A DNA stretch of 64,000 nucleotides from an uncultured Hyphomicrobiaceae bacterium (GTDB lineage: Bacteria; Pseudomonadota; Alphaproteobacteria; Rhizobiales; CAMYJA01): assembly GCA_947258705.1 (NCBI GenBank), contig CAMYJA010000007.1:211695-275694 (forward strand), written 5' to 3'. The first letter of the stretch is position 1; each line of letters starts with the position of its first letter. The position numbers and the translations under genes were made by a program. The notes under the pieces are model-generated. The model made no database searches. It saw only the letters and a program-made list of their open reading frames with translations, and had not been told where the DNA came from. This document shows positions 51,353-60,810 of the stretch, piece after piece.

Positions 51353-52456
51353 ATGGCCGACCTGCCGCTGAAACCTGGAAGCACCATCGGGATTTTTGGC
51401 GGCGGCCAGCTCGGCCGCATGCTGGCCATGGCGGCTGCGGAACTCGGCTTTGCGACGCATATCTATTGCGATCATGACGGCTCTCCGGCCTCGCAGGTCG
51501 CGACCCGCACAAGCGTCGCCGCCTATGACGACATGGCCGCGCTCGAGCGGTTCGCGGGCTCGATCGACGTCGCCAGTTTCGAATTCGAAAACATCCCGAC
51601 GGAAGCGCTCGAATTCATATCGGCCCATACCCGCCTCGCGCCCGGCGCCAATACGCTCGACACCACAAGGGACCGCCTGGTGGAGAAGGAATTCGTCGCC
51701 GGTCTCGGGATTCCGGTGGCGCCTTTTGTCAATATCGGCGAAGAACTCGACCTCGACCTCGATGAAATTGGGGATAAGATCCGCTTTCCCGCACTGATGA
51801 AATCGCGGCGTTTCGGCTATGACGGCAAGGGCCAGGTCCGGGTCGTGTCGCCCGGCGAGATCCATGCGGCATGGGAGAGCCTCGACCGGGCCGCCTCGAT
51901 ACTCGAGGAGATCATTCCCTTTGAGCGCGAGTTCTCGACCGTGGCCGTCCGCGACGATGGCGGGGAAATGCTGTTTTACGATCTCACGGAGAACGATCAT
52001 GAGGGCGGCATATTGCGCCGCGCCCAGGTGCCGGCCGCGGCCCCTCCCGAAATACATGAAAAGGCCCGGGACATTGCCGGGATCATTGCCGCGCGGCTCG
52101 ACTATGTCGGAACCTTTGCGGTCGAATATTTTTATTGCGGCCCCGATTTCGAGCATCCGCTCATCGTCAACGAGATCGCCCCCCGGGTTCACAATACCGG
52201 CCACTGGACGATGGACGCGGCCCTGACGAGCCAGTTCGAAAATCATATCCGCGCCATTGCCGGCTGGCCGCTCGCCTCGACGATCAGGATCGCGGATGCG
52301 GTGATGACCAATCTCATCGGCGACGATCTCCTCAACTGGCCCCGGCTCGCGAAATCGCCCGAAAACGTCCTGCATATTTACGGCAAGGACGAAATCCGCG
52401 CCGGGCGTAAAATGGCGCATGTCACGCGGCTTTCGCCCAGAACGGGCTGGAACTGA
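51353..52456 (+). CDS. purK: N5-CAIR synthetase PurK
   Basis: GGGQLGRM, GYDGKGQ, NEIAPRVHNTGH and YGK...GRKMAH motifs. Confidence 0.97.
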   Translation: MADLPLKPGSTIGIFGGGQLGRMLAMAAAELGFATHIYCDHDGSPASQVATRTSVAAYDDMAALERFAGSIDVASFEFENIPTEALEFISAHTRLAPGANTLDTTRDRLVEKEFVAGLGIPVAPFVNIGEELDLDLDEIGDKIRFPALMKSRRFGYDGKGQVRVVSPGEIHAAWESLDRAASILEEIIPFEREFSTVAVRDDGGEMLFYDLTENDHEGGILRRAQVPAAAPPEIHEKARDIAGIIAARLDYVGTFAVEYFYCGPDFEHPLIVNEIAPRVHNTGHWTMDAALTSQFENHIRAIAGWPLASTIRIADAVMTNLIGDDLLNWPRLAKSPENVLHIYGKDEIRAGRKMAHVTRLSPRTGWN

Positions 52457-52464
52457 AGCGCCGG

Positions 52465-52558
52465 CCACCAGTGGGCCACTAGTGGCTCCCACTAGTGGGG
52501 GACCAATGGCCGTCAGATCGCCTCCAGCCAACCAGATGCAACCAGTTGCCACGAGTGG
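52465..52558. repeat. Cluster of degenerate 10-bp palindromes (CCACTAGTGG-like)
   Basis: Units at 52465, 52476, 52489, 52529, 52539 and 52549. Confidence 0.7.
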
Positions 52559-52848
52559 GGGGCAGTCGTGGCACTATCGTCTGTTAAACCTGACGTCATG
52601 GCTGATGCAGTTTTCTGGACATTGCCCGCGGATTTTGATAAAAAGGGTCAAAGATTAATGCTGAACCGCCTTGTCGCGGCCGGCTTTCGTGCATTCCCTG
52701 CAGACGTTTCCTGCAGGTAATAACGGGAAGCAGGGTGTGCGGATGCGGTTTCTTGTGGTTTTCGAATTCCGCCAGGCCTTTGTTATTACCTTTGTAATTT
52801 CAGCTGTTTTGGCGAATTTGGAGCATTTAACAGATAAGGATCAATTAC

Positions 52849-53088
52849 GTGCAGGTTCACGTTCGAGACAACAATGTCGATCAGGCGCTCAAGGCGCTGA
52901 AAAAGAAAATGCAGCGCGAAGGCATTTTTCGCGAGATGAAGCTTCGCAACTTTTATGAAAAGCCTTCGGAGAAGCGCGCGCGCGAAAAGGCCGAGGCGAT
53001 TCGCCGGGCACGCAAGCTGGCGCGGAAACGCGCACAACGCGAGGGCCTTCTTCCGGCGTCACGCAGTGGCCCGCGCGGCCGACGGTAA
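52849..53088 (+). CDS. rpsU: 30S ribosomal protein S21
   Basis: [21 protein letters not shown] and YEKPSE motifs; GTG start. Confidence 0.98.
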   Translation: MQVHVRDNNVDQALKALKKKMQREGIFREMKLRNFYEKPSEKRAREKAEAIRRARKLARKRAQREGLLPASRSGPRGRR

Positions 53089-53128
53089 GTTATTGAAAGA
53101 AAACAATAAATCCGTGAATGCAGACAGG

Positions 53129-53155
53129 AGGCTCCGTTCAAACGCGGGGCCTTTT
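53129..53155 (+). terminator. Probable rho-independent terminator after rpsU
   Basis: AGGCTCCG-loop-CGGGGCCT followed by a T run. Confidence 0.65.
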
Positions 53156-53203
53156 CTGTGTCCGGCTTTGGAGCCGGGTCTGTGTCCGGCTTTGGGGGCC
53201 GGG
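53155..53203. repeat. 24/25-bp tandem duplication TCTGTGTCCGGCTTTGG...GCCGGG
   Basis: Copies start at 53155 and 53179. Confidence 0.85.
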
Positions 53204-53325
53204 GTATGTATTTGACGGCTGTTCAGGCTTGCGCCCTCAGAATGAGCACATTTAAACTTTAGGCGTTGTGATCTCAAGGGTGTCGATGGGACAATGAACA
53301 TGATGGATATCAAGGGGCGCGGAAA

Positions 53326-54174
53326 CTGAAAATTCGGGCGACATATCCGGCATTATTTGCGCTAGTGACCGCTGCGTGCCAGCAGACGGGCGTCACTCCG
53401 GCGGCTTTCGACGGCACCGCGTCATCCGGCGGCCTGGCTTCCGTGAGCCCGCAATATGGCAAGGGCGGCAACATTGCCTCGCTCAGCTCCGTCATCAAGA
53501 ACAATCCCAATGACGCCGGCGCGCTGAATTTGCGCGGCACCGCCTATGGCCGCACCAGATCCTATAAAAAGGCGCTCAAGGATTTCGACCGGGCCATCGA
53601 GATCAATCCGGACTATTACCAGGCGATCGCCAACCGCGCCCTCATCCATGTGAAAATGAAGCGTTTCGACAGGGCCCTGGCCGATTACAACCGGACCCTG
53701 ACCCTCAGAAAAAATTACAATATCGCCTATATCGGCCGGGGCAATCTTCACGCCATTCAGAAAAACTACCACCTCGCCATTGCCGATTTCTCCCGCGCCA
53801 TCGAGCTTAAGAACGAAGATCCGATCGCATGGTTCAGCCGCGGCAAGGCCTACCAGACGCTCGGACAGCATGCGCGGGCCGTGCAGGATTTCGACCTGGC
53901 GATCAGCCTGAAACCGATTTCGTCGGAGCCTTATTTCCGCCGCGGCATCAGCCGGATGAAACTCGGAAAACTTGTCGAGGCTTATGATGATTTCTTCGTC
54001 GCCGGCAAGCGCAACGAAAAACATTACGCCGCCTGGACCTATCGCGGGCTCGCCGCGGAGCGCATGGGCGACAAGAAGAAAGCCGCCCGGGCTTTCAGGC
54101 GCGCCCTTTCCATCAATTCCTCATACAAGCCGGCGGTCGATGGGCTGCGCCGCGTCGGATCGGATTCGGTCTGA
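53326..54174 (+). CDS. TPR-repeat lipoprotein (probable CTG start)
   Basis: Multiple TPR repeats (RG.AY...ALKDFDRAI); in-frame extension gives the signal peptide MKIRATYPALFALVTAAC. Confidence 0.88.
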   Translation: MKIRATYPALFALVTAACQQTGVTPAAFDGTASSGGLASVSPQYGKGGNIASLSSVIKNNPNDAGALNLRGTAYGRTRSYKKALKDFDRAIEINPDYYQAIANRALIHVKMKRFDRALADYNRTLTLRKNYNIAYIGRGNLHAIQKNYHLAIADFSRAIELKNEDPIAWFSRGKAYQTLGQHARAVQDFDLAISLKPISSEPYFRRGISRMKLGKLVEAYDDFFVAGKRNEKHYAAWTYRGLAAERMGDKKKAARAFRRALSINSSYKPAVDGLRRVGSDSV

Positions 54175-54200
54175 GACGAAATTCCCCTAATTCTCGAATT

Positions 54201-54236
54201 ATATGAGCCCTCATATGAGGCCTCATATGAGGCCTC
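54201..54236. repeat. 12-bp tandem repeat ATATGAG(C/G)CCTC x3
   Basis: Read directly; creates the palindrome CCTCATATGAGG; lies at the island's left edge. Confidence 0.85.
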
Positions 54237-54262
54237 GGTTTGGCCGTCATTTCTGCCAGAAC

Positions 54263-54359
54263 AGCTGCATTGCAGAGATAGCCGCCGTCGTCTTTAAGGT
54301 AGTATTGCTCGAACAAAGCCTGCGAGCTTTTGTCCGCAGGGCAGGTAAACGCAGACAAA
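54263..54359. repeat. Palindrome-family units at the left edge of the third accessory block
   Basis: AGCTGC-N12-GCCGCC (54263-54286) and TTT-GTCCGC-N13-GCAGAC-AAA (core 54332-54356). Confidence 0.6.
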
Positions 54360-54409
54360 TGCAATTGGTCCAGTGGCCGAGCGGGGAATCGACAGGACAC
54401 AGCCGATTG

Positions 54410-54561
54410 GAACAACGCGCGTGGCCAGATGCACCTCGACTTCACGTAAACCCGCAGAATATCTTCGTCAGAATAACGCTTGCGAGCCATGAGACTTCTC
54501 CCTCAATATTGCAGAGTTAAGCAAATTTACCGGTTCATTTAGGGGGGGTGGGGGAAGGACA
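54410..54561 (-). mobile_element. IS3-family remnant: left end plus frameshifted orfA fragment
   Basis: MARKRYSDEDILRV then, after a frameshift, REVEVHLA (IS3 OrfA-like); minus strand begins TGTCCTTCCCCC at 54561, like an IS3 IRL; no orfB. Confidence 0.65.
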
Positions 54562-54564
54562 AAG

Positions 54565-54620
54565 GCGTACTGTACAATTACGGCGTGCACTGTACAATTG
54601 CGACGTGTGCTGTACAATTA
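54565..54620. repeat. Three direct repeats with core CTGTACAATT at 20-bp period
   Basis: TGTACAATT at 54571, 54591 and 54611. Confidence 0.9.
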
Positions 54621-54737
54621 TCATGTATGGCGTTGGAACTCATATAATAATTCACAGTAGAAAGTAATACACAGCTTAATGTCACGCAATTGACGTTCGC
54701 TAGTGACTTTTGGCCATTCTGCTTATTACAATATGGA

Positions 54738-57407
54738 ATGTTTCTAGAACTCGCAGATGTTGCCACACACCTTATAGCGCTCAGTCTGATTCAGGGACTC
54801 ATCGCCTGGCGATGGTCTGGTACGCTCATTGGTCAGGTTCTGTCGGGACTTCTGTTTGGCATTATTTGCGTGTCGGGCATGTCGAATCCGATCGAAATTG
54901 CGGCCGGCACGCTTTTCGTCAGCTGCACAATTATCTTGAGTATGGCCGGTTTGTTTGGCGGCCCCCTGGTCGCAGGTATCGCTATAACCACGGCGATTGG
55001 ATACAGCACATGGCTTGGTGGCAGCAGTATGCCATTGGGCATTGCTTCTATGATCACATCGACGCTTCTTGGTCTTGCTTTTCATTATTCCGACCTGGCG
55101 ATGGCGGCCATGAAAGATATCGCCATTCCCATGGTCATCATATTCACGCCGGCCACCGTCCTGTTGGGCATCTTGTTGAAGTCGTTTGAGGAGCAGGTCC
55201 GAACGAAAAATGCGCTCATAGCCAGCGATCAACGCCTCCGAATGTTCGCGAAAACCTTCCAGGCCAGTCCGACGCCATCCTCTATCTGCCGGCTTAACGA
55301 AGGCAGCTTCTACGACGTCAATGAAGCGTGGATGTCGGCCACGGGATATACGCGAGAGGAGGCCCTGGGACATAGCGCGCTCGAGCTCGGAATATGGGGC
55401 GATCCGGACAGGCAGGAGCAATTCGTCGAATTGCTCAAGAATGACGGAACCGTCAGTAATTTCGAAACCAAATTCAGGAACAAGAAGGGAGAGGAACGCG
55501 ACTTCCTCGTCTCCGTGGAACGCGTGGATTTTGGCCACGAGCCGATGTTGTTTTCTGTCTCTCATGACATCACAGCGCTCAAAAACTCAGAAATTATGAA
55601 TCTCAGGCTCGCACGCATCGTCGAGGATTCGATAAACGAAGTGTATGTGTTCGATGCCGAGACACTGGAGTTCATGCAGGTGAATGCGAGCGCCTGCGAA
55701 AATCTTGGCTACACTCAAGAGGAATTGCTCGGTCTGACGCCCCTCGACCTGAAACCAGAATATTCACATGACAAATTTTTTGAACTGATCGCGCCCCTCA
55801 GGAGTGGAGAGAAAGACCGAATACAGTTTAAGACCGTTCACATCGAAGACATCACCTTGCGCAAGATGGCTGAGGAAGCCCTCAGAGAGAGCGAAAATCA
55901 ACTCCGTGAAATTCTCGAGAACAGTCCGGTCGGCGTTGCAGTCGTCACTCATTCTAATGATGATGGCCGCCCGACCGGCAACCGGTTGTTCGTCAATAGC
56001 AGCCTCATGCGGATGTTCGGCGCTTCATCCCGAGGACAATTGTTGAAAGCGGATATTTCGGAAAGTTGGGTTGATCGCGATCAACTCAATACAGTCGAAA
56101 AAATTATGAGCCGCCGCGGGGAACTGGTTGATTTTGAGGTATTGAGACGCCGTATGGACGGGACCGAATTTTGGGTTTCGATGAATTCGCGCCCAATCCT
56201 TTTCAATGGCACGGACTGTAGTATGGTCTGGCATTTCGACATGACCAAACGCAAAAAGGCCGAGGAGCAGCTGCGCCAGGCCCAGAAGATGGAAGCTATT
56301 GGTCAACTTACAGGCGGAATTGCCCACGATTTTAACAACCTGCTTGCGGTAATTCTCGGTAATATTCAGCTTCTGGAAAAATCGATCGGAGGGGATGAAC
56401 GGGGCCGGCAGCAGCTGCGTTTTGCCGCGGATGCCGCCAGGCGCGGTTCTCAACTGGTTGAGCGGATGCTTGCCTTTTCCCGTAAGCAGAAGCTGGATTT
56501 GAAAATCATCGATGCCGACGATCTCCTCATCAACATCCGGGGTATGCTGTCACGCACGCTGGGGGAAAGGATCAAATTCAGGATAACAGGCAACAAAAAT
56601 CTCTGGTTGACCAAGGTGGATCCCAGTCAGCTCGAACTTGCGGTCCTGAATCTGACCATCAACGCTCGAGATGCCATGCCCGAGGGAGGGATGCTGACAA
56701 TTGATACGGAGAACGTCCATCTGGACGAAGACAGTCACTCCGTTGATTCCGAACTGTCGGCCGGAGATTACGTATCGATCACGGTCACCGACACAGGCAA
56801 GGGAATTCCCGCAGATATACTTGGCCAGGTTATCGAGCCTTTTTTCACCACTAAAGGCATCGGCCAGGGCAGCGGGCTTGGACTGAGCATGGTCTATGGT
56901 TTTGCCAGGCAATCCGGTGGCGGAGTCGAAGTCGTTAGTGAGATCGGCCAGGGAACGATGGTCAAGCTTTATCTTCCTCGTAACGCCGCGAAGAAAGCAG
57001 ATGCCCTGACAGTTGTTGCCAATGCCGGAAATCTCGTTGGCGGCAGCGAAAAAATCCTCGTTGTCGAGGATGACCCTGCGGTTTGCAGGGTCGCGGTGTC
57101 CTTGCTCGAAGAGCTTGGATATCGGGTTTTGAAGGCAAACGACGGCCCCTCTGCGATACAGGTGCTCAAGGACGAGCAGGTGGACCTACTTTTTAGCGAC
57201 ATCATTATGCCGGGCGGCCTGAGAGGCGATGAACTCGCCACGCTTGCCGTCAAGAGCTACCCCGAGCTCAAGGTGCTGCACTGCAGCGGTTATGGTCTGC
57301 CCAGGAATTTGCATGACGGCATCGCAATACCGGAACATGCCATGCTTAAAAAACCTTACCAAATCGAGGATCTGGCCACTTCTGTACGACAGGCATTGGA
57401 CGCTTGA
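54738..57407 (+). CDS. Hybrid sensor histidine kinase (5TM-LYT-like, PAS x3, HisKA, HATPase, REC)
   Basis: QAQKMEAIGQLTGGIAHDFNNLL, NARDAM, DTGKG, EPFFTTK, GSGLGL and ILVVEDD motifs. Confidence 0.92.
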   Translation: MFLELADVATHLIALSLIQGLIAWRWSGTLIGQVLSGLLFGIICVSGMSNPIEIAAGTLFVSCTIILSMAGLFGGPLVAGIAITTAIGYSTWLGGSSMPLGIASMITSTLLGLAFHYSDLAMAAMKDIAIPMVIIFTPATVLLGILLKSFEEQVRTKNALIASDQRLRMFAKTFQASPTPSSICRLNEGSFYDVNEAWMSATGYTREEALGHSALELGIWGDPDRQEQFVELLKNDGTVSNFETKFRNKKGEERDFLVSVERVDFGHEPMLFSVSHDITALKNSEIMNLRLARIVEDSINEVYVFDAETLEFMQVNASACENLGYTQEELLGLTPLDLKPEYSHDKFFELIAPLRSGEKDRIQFKTVHIEDITLRKMAEEALRESENQLREILENSPVGVAVVTHSNDDGRPTGNRLFVNSSLMRMFGASSRGQLLKADISESWVDRDQLNTVEKIMSRRGELVDFEVLRRRMDGTEFWVSMNSRPILFNGTDCSMVWHFDMTKRKKAEEQLRQAQKMEAIGQLTGGIAHDFNNLLAVILGNIQLLEKSIGGDERGRQQLRFAADAARRGSQLVERMLAFSRKQKLDLKIIDADDLLINIRGMLSRTLGERIKFRITGNKNLWLTKVDPSQLELAVLNLTINARDAMPEGGMLTIDTENVHLDEDSHSVDSELSAGDYVSITVTDTGKGIPADILGQVIEPFFTTKGIGQGSGLGLSMVYGFARQSGGGVEVVSEIGQGTMVKLYLPRNAAKKADALTVVANAGNLVGGSEKILVVEDDPAVCRVAVSLLEELGYRVLKANDGPSAIQVLKDEQVDLLFSDIIMPGGLRGDELATLAVKSYPELKVLHCSGYGLPRNLHDGIAIPEHAMLKKPYQIEDLATSVRQALDA

Positions 57408-57660
57408 TTTGGCGCTGACGGATCTGAAATCGATCTTTCGCGCCCCCCTCCGAATGACCGGTCTGATCTGAGCAATCCATTTTTAAAAAAAATCCGCCGG
57501 ATCCCGATATTGTCGCTTCAGCCGATGCGGATGGTTGACCGGAACACAATATCTATGGCGTCCTCTGGGCACGCACCTGTGGACCATCTCCATAACCAGT
57601 GCGGGCGCCTCTCCGAAACACTCACAGAACCTCACGGTCTTTGGTGAACGTGCGTCGCGA

Positions 57661-59067
57661 TCAATCTCGGCGATCCACTGGTAGAAGGATTGAGACTGTC
57701 GTGCCGCCGTCAGCTGAAGTCGTCACATCGACATACCCGTTGGCGTTTTCAGCGAAGTCCTTGACCATGCTGAGACCGGAGCCGGTATCGGAACTTCTGT
57801 TTTTGGCGGTGACAGGTGTATCGAGGGCGGAATCCTCTTGGTTCGGGAGCACGTCGCCGCCGGAAACCGTAACCTGTATCATCACGTGTTCATCGAAATT
57901 TGTAGATTCCATGGAGCGATTGCTTACTGTCGAGTCGGGCGGCCTGACCGACACCTTGATCTCGCCGCCCCCCGGCATCGCATCGCGAGTGTTCAGCACC
58001 AGATTCAAGAGAGCGTTTTCGAACTCTCCAACGTCGATATGGACGAAAGCCTCAGGTGATTGCAGATCAAGATTGATGCGATACGCCCTGCCCAGGAGCC
58101 GCGTTAAAAATTTACCCATCCGTGAGACCACTTCCACACATGGTTCCGTCGTCACAGAGGCAATTCGAGGCCGGGAAAACGTCAGCAGACAGTCGGTCAA
58201 CTCTTTGCCCACCTGAACCGCTTCCATTGCATCATTAAGTGCATTGCCCGCCTTGTCGTCCAATTTATCAACCGAAGCGAGCCTTAAGACCTCAAGGTTG
58301 GAGTTAACTGCTGTCAGCGTGTTGTTGAAGTCGTGAGCCATGCTTCCGGCGAGCTCACGCAAGAGCTCCAATTTCTGTTGCTGCTTTGAGTTCCCTTCTG
58401 CCGCCAACAGTTCGGTAACACGCAGGCCAAGTGTCAAGATCTGGCCATCATCCAAAATAAAGTCTGTTATACCCGTCCTTTGATTGTCATTGTGTCGGAA
58501 GATCAGGCTATTTGCCGGATTGTTGCGGCGATCGAGTCGTTGCGCAATCCAGTCTTCTGTGTCCTGGGCGGAGCTACCGATCCCATTCGCTTTGGCAAAA
58601 GCACGCACGATGTCCTCGTACCGGATACCCGGTTTCACGGAAACACCTGCCGATTCATAGATACGGCCGCATTCCCGATTGCAAAAGACGAGATGATCCT
58701 CAGAATCGAAAAGTGCAATTTCGACCGGTGTGGAATTCAGTGCGGTTGCCAGCCGGGTCTCGACTTTACTCCGTGTACTGATCACATAGGTAAGAATACA
58801 AACGCCGATGACAAAGCCCAGACCGACCACACCATAAAGTATTTCATCAGCGCTTAATGACAATTGCGGTGGCCAGATAACTTTGGATGAAAATCGATTA
58901 TAAAACTCATGGAATATAAACAATCCAATTATAGCAACAAGTGTTAGCACCGCCCATTGCCTTATTCTTAACAATATCAATAGACAGATAAAGAATCCAG
59001 TTACAATAAGGATTGATATTATGTATAATGCTAAGTTCATCCAGTATTTTACTAATTGAGTATACAA
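57661..59067 (-). CDS. Membrane PAS histidine-kinase-like protein with degenerate ATP-binding boxes
   Basis: AHDFNN and NLVLNTRDAM intact; G1 and F boxes replaced by VSGGD and DTPVTAK. Confidence 0.8.
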   Translation of the reverse strand: MYTQLVKYWMNLALYIISILIVTGFFICLLILLRIRQWAVLTLVAIIGLFIFHEFYNRFSSKVIWPPQLSLSADEILYGVVGLGFVIGVCILTYVISTRSKVETRLATALNSTPVEIALFDSEDHLVFCNRECGRIYESAGVSVKPGIRYEDIVRAFAKANGIGSSAQDTEDWIAQRLDRRNNPANSLIFRHNDNQRTGITDFILDDGQILTLGLRVTELLAAEGNSKQQQKLELLRELAGSMAHDFNNTLTAVNSNLEVLRLASVDKLDDKAGNALNDAMEAVQVGKELTDCLLTFSRPRIASVTTEPCVEVVSRMGKFLTRLLGRAYRINLDLQSPEAFVHIDVGEFENALLNLVLNTRDAMPGGGEIKVSVRPPDSTVSNRSMESTNFDEHVMIQVTVSGGDVLPNQEDSALDTPVTAKNRSSDTGSGLSMVKDFAENANGYVDVTTSADGGTTVSILLPVDRRD

Positions 59068-59267
59068 ACTAAGTGGCTTTAAATCTCTATGAAAACGGCA
59101 AGTTTCGAAAATTCCATTTTGATGCGACTAAGAATTATTCTAGACTAATTGTCGACGTTTTTGAAATACACACAGGTTGTAGGAGGTCGCATAGGACAGT
59201 CAGAAGTTGAATCGTTCCAATCATGAAGCGAATAATAAAAATGTGAAACTTTTTTGGGCGAGCAGAA

Positions 59268-59900
59268 ATGATGACGGCGGAAAATCAAAATTACGAGGTC
59301 TGTGTTGTTGAAGACGATCCCCTTGTCAGCAAGGGGCTAACCTCGTTGCTCGAACAAAAGGGATTTTCGGTTCAGTCATTCGCGACAGGTCATCAGATTC
59401 AAAACGAAACTTCGAGTTTGACCTGTTGCTGCGTCCTTCTCGACATCAACCTCCCGGATATCCATGGGCTCGATGTCCTGCGCAAGCTCAGATCCTGCCG
59501 CCCGGACATAAATGTCATAATGATCACCGGTCAGGCAGACATTCCGACTGCCGTCAAAGCCATGCAGCATGGCGCCCTGGATTTTATCGAAAAGCCGCCA
59601 ACAGCCGATAGGCTGATAGAAGCGATTGACCGCTCGCTGCAATTAAGTAAACAGGAAATCCAAAATCAACCTGGAGACAATGGCGAACTTCGCCCGCCAC
59701 TCGACAAGCTCACAACAAGAGAGCTTGAGGTGCTCGTGCAGCTCGTAAAAGGCCATCAACATAAAATGATCGCCCACGAGCTTGGTATTAGCCACAGAAC
59801 CGTCGAGGTCCATCGAGCACGAATCATGAAGCGTTGCGGCGCAAATTCTTTCGCTGAACTCATAAGAATAGCCGTCCTCTCCGGTCTCCAAATCGAATAG
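59268..59900 (+). CDS. FixJ/LuxR-family response regulator
   Basis: VVEDD, LLDINLP, TGQADIPTAVKAM..GA.DFIEKP and LT.RE...LGISHRTVEVHRARIM motifs. Confidence 0.93.
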   Translation: MMTAENQNYEVCVVEDDPLVSKGLTSLLEQKGFSVQSFATGHQIQNETSSLTCCCVLLDINLPDIHGLDVLRKLRSCRPDINVIMITGQADIPTAVKAMQHGALDFIEKPPTADRLIEAIDRSLQLSKQEIQNQPGDNGELRPPLDKLTTRELEVLVQLVKGHQHKMIAHELGISHRTVEVHRARIMKRCGANSFAELIRIAVLSGLQIE

Positions 59901-59944
59901 CCAAATCGAAAAATACTGAGACCAGTTATAGCGGCTACATGGAT

Positions 59945-60006
59945 TCCCTTAAGTGCTATCCCCTAATGGTTTAATGACATAACTGCATCCCTTAAGGACT
60001 ATCCCC
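59945..60006. promoter_or_regulatory. Paired 19-bp direct repeats TCCCTTAAG(TG/GA)CTATCCCC, FixJ-box-like
   Basis: Copies at 59945-59963 and 59988-60006, 43 bp apart. Confidence 0.55.
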
Positions 60007-60131
60007 AACTAGCGGCGCTTTAACCAAATCGAATAGCTTTGAATCATAGCTGGCGCACGCCGGTGCGTTAGTGGGACAGTTTGCCGGATATCCAAACGCC
60101 GACGGGCGGGTATAGAGGGGCTGTGAAAAAA

Positions 60132-60377
60132 ATGATCGAAGCTAAAGACTATATTGATAGTTGCACCGACAAAGACAGCTTACGAAAAACGGACAAAGAC
60201 ATCGTACGGAAAGCAGATAAGGACATCGTGCGAAAAGCGCTCGAATTGGCTATTGATCTCCGCTATCTCGTGGCCGACGGTACACTTAACGATCCGAAAT
60301 TTGCGATTAGCCTTGCATTCGTGCTCGAGCAATATGCTGAAGCGGAGCGCGGTAACACCGGTAACCAGCTCCCCTGA
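60132..60377 (+). CDS. Small hypothetical protein with 8-aa internal repeats
   Basis: DKDSLRKT-DKDIVRKA-DKDIVRKA; AGAGGGG RBS upstream. Confidence 0.5.
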   Translation: MIEAKDYIDSCTDKDSLRKTDKDIVRKADKDIVRKALELAIDLRYLVADGTLNDPKFAISLAFVLEQYAEAERGNTGNQLP

Positions 60378-60810
60378 AGTGTCGACGTTTTCGTAAGGAT
60401 CTATTGTGCTCTTGAAGGAGACGGTGTTCCTATTTAGCGATCAAGAGACAGATTAGGGTATTCTACGAAGTGTAACCTTGACTCATTCAATCCCTGAGGA
60501 TCAAACGGCCATTGTAAAGCCCCTTTGTTATGGGCCATTTCTTGAAAGAGTTTCAGGTGCCGGAGGACGCATGTTAAGCGCCTGATGCGGACGGATGTGA
60601 TTGTACTGTCTGAGCGGAATGGCAGCCGATCTCAAAATTTAGACGTCAAGCGCTGATCGCGCAGAATTTCACCTTTGCCTGTTTCGCAGACTAATGCGTG
60701 GATCGCGTCTCTTCCTGTCATTCAATACACTTCACATGATGCACCTGAAGCCGACAAGGACGTTTGTTTTTAGAGATGATGGTCACTCACTCAACATGAG
60801 GAGTAGACCT

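Noticed and set aside
50993-52552. 519-aa minus-strand ORF
   Set aside because: It is antisense to purE-purK and has no recognisable domain.
54565-54620. Possible mini-CRISPR
   Set aside because: The 20-bp period and similar inter-repeat sequences are too short and too alike, and no cas genes are present.
60694-60810. N-terminal extension of the recombinase
   Set aside because: A strong GAGGAG RBS supports the ATG at 60811; the extension overlaps non-coding motif units.
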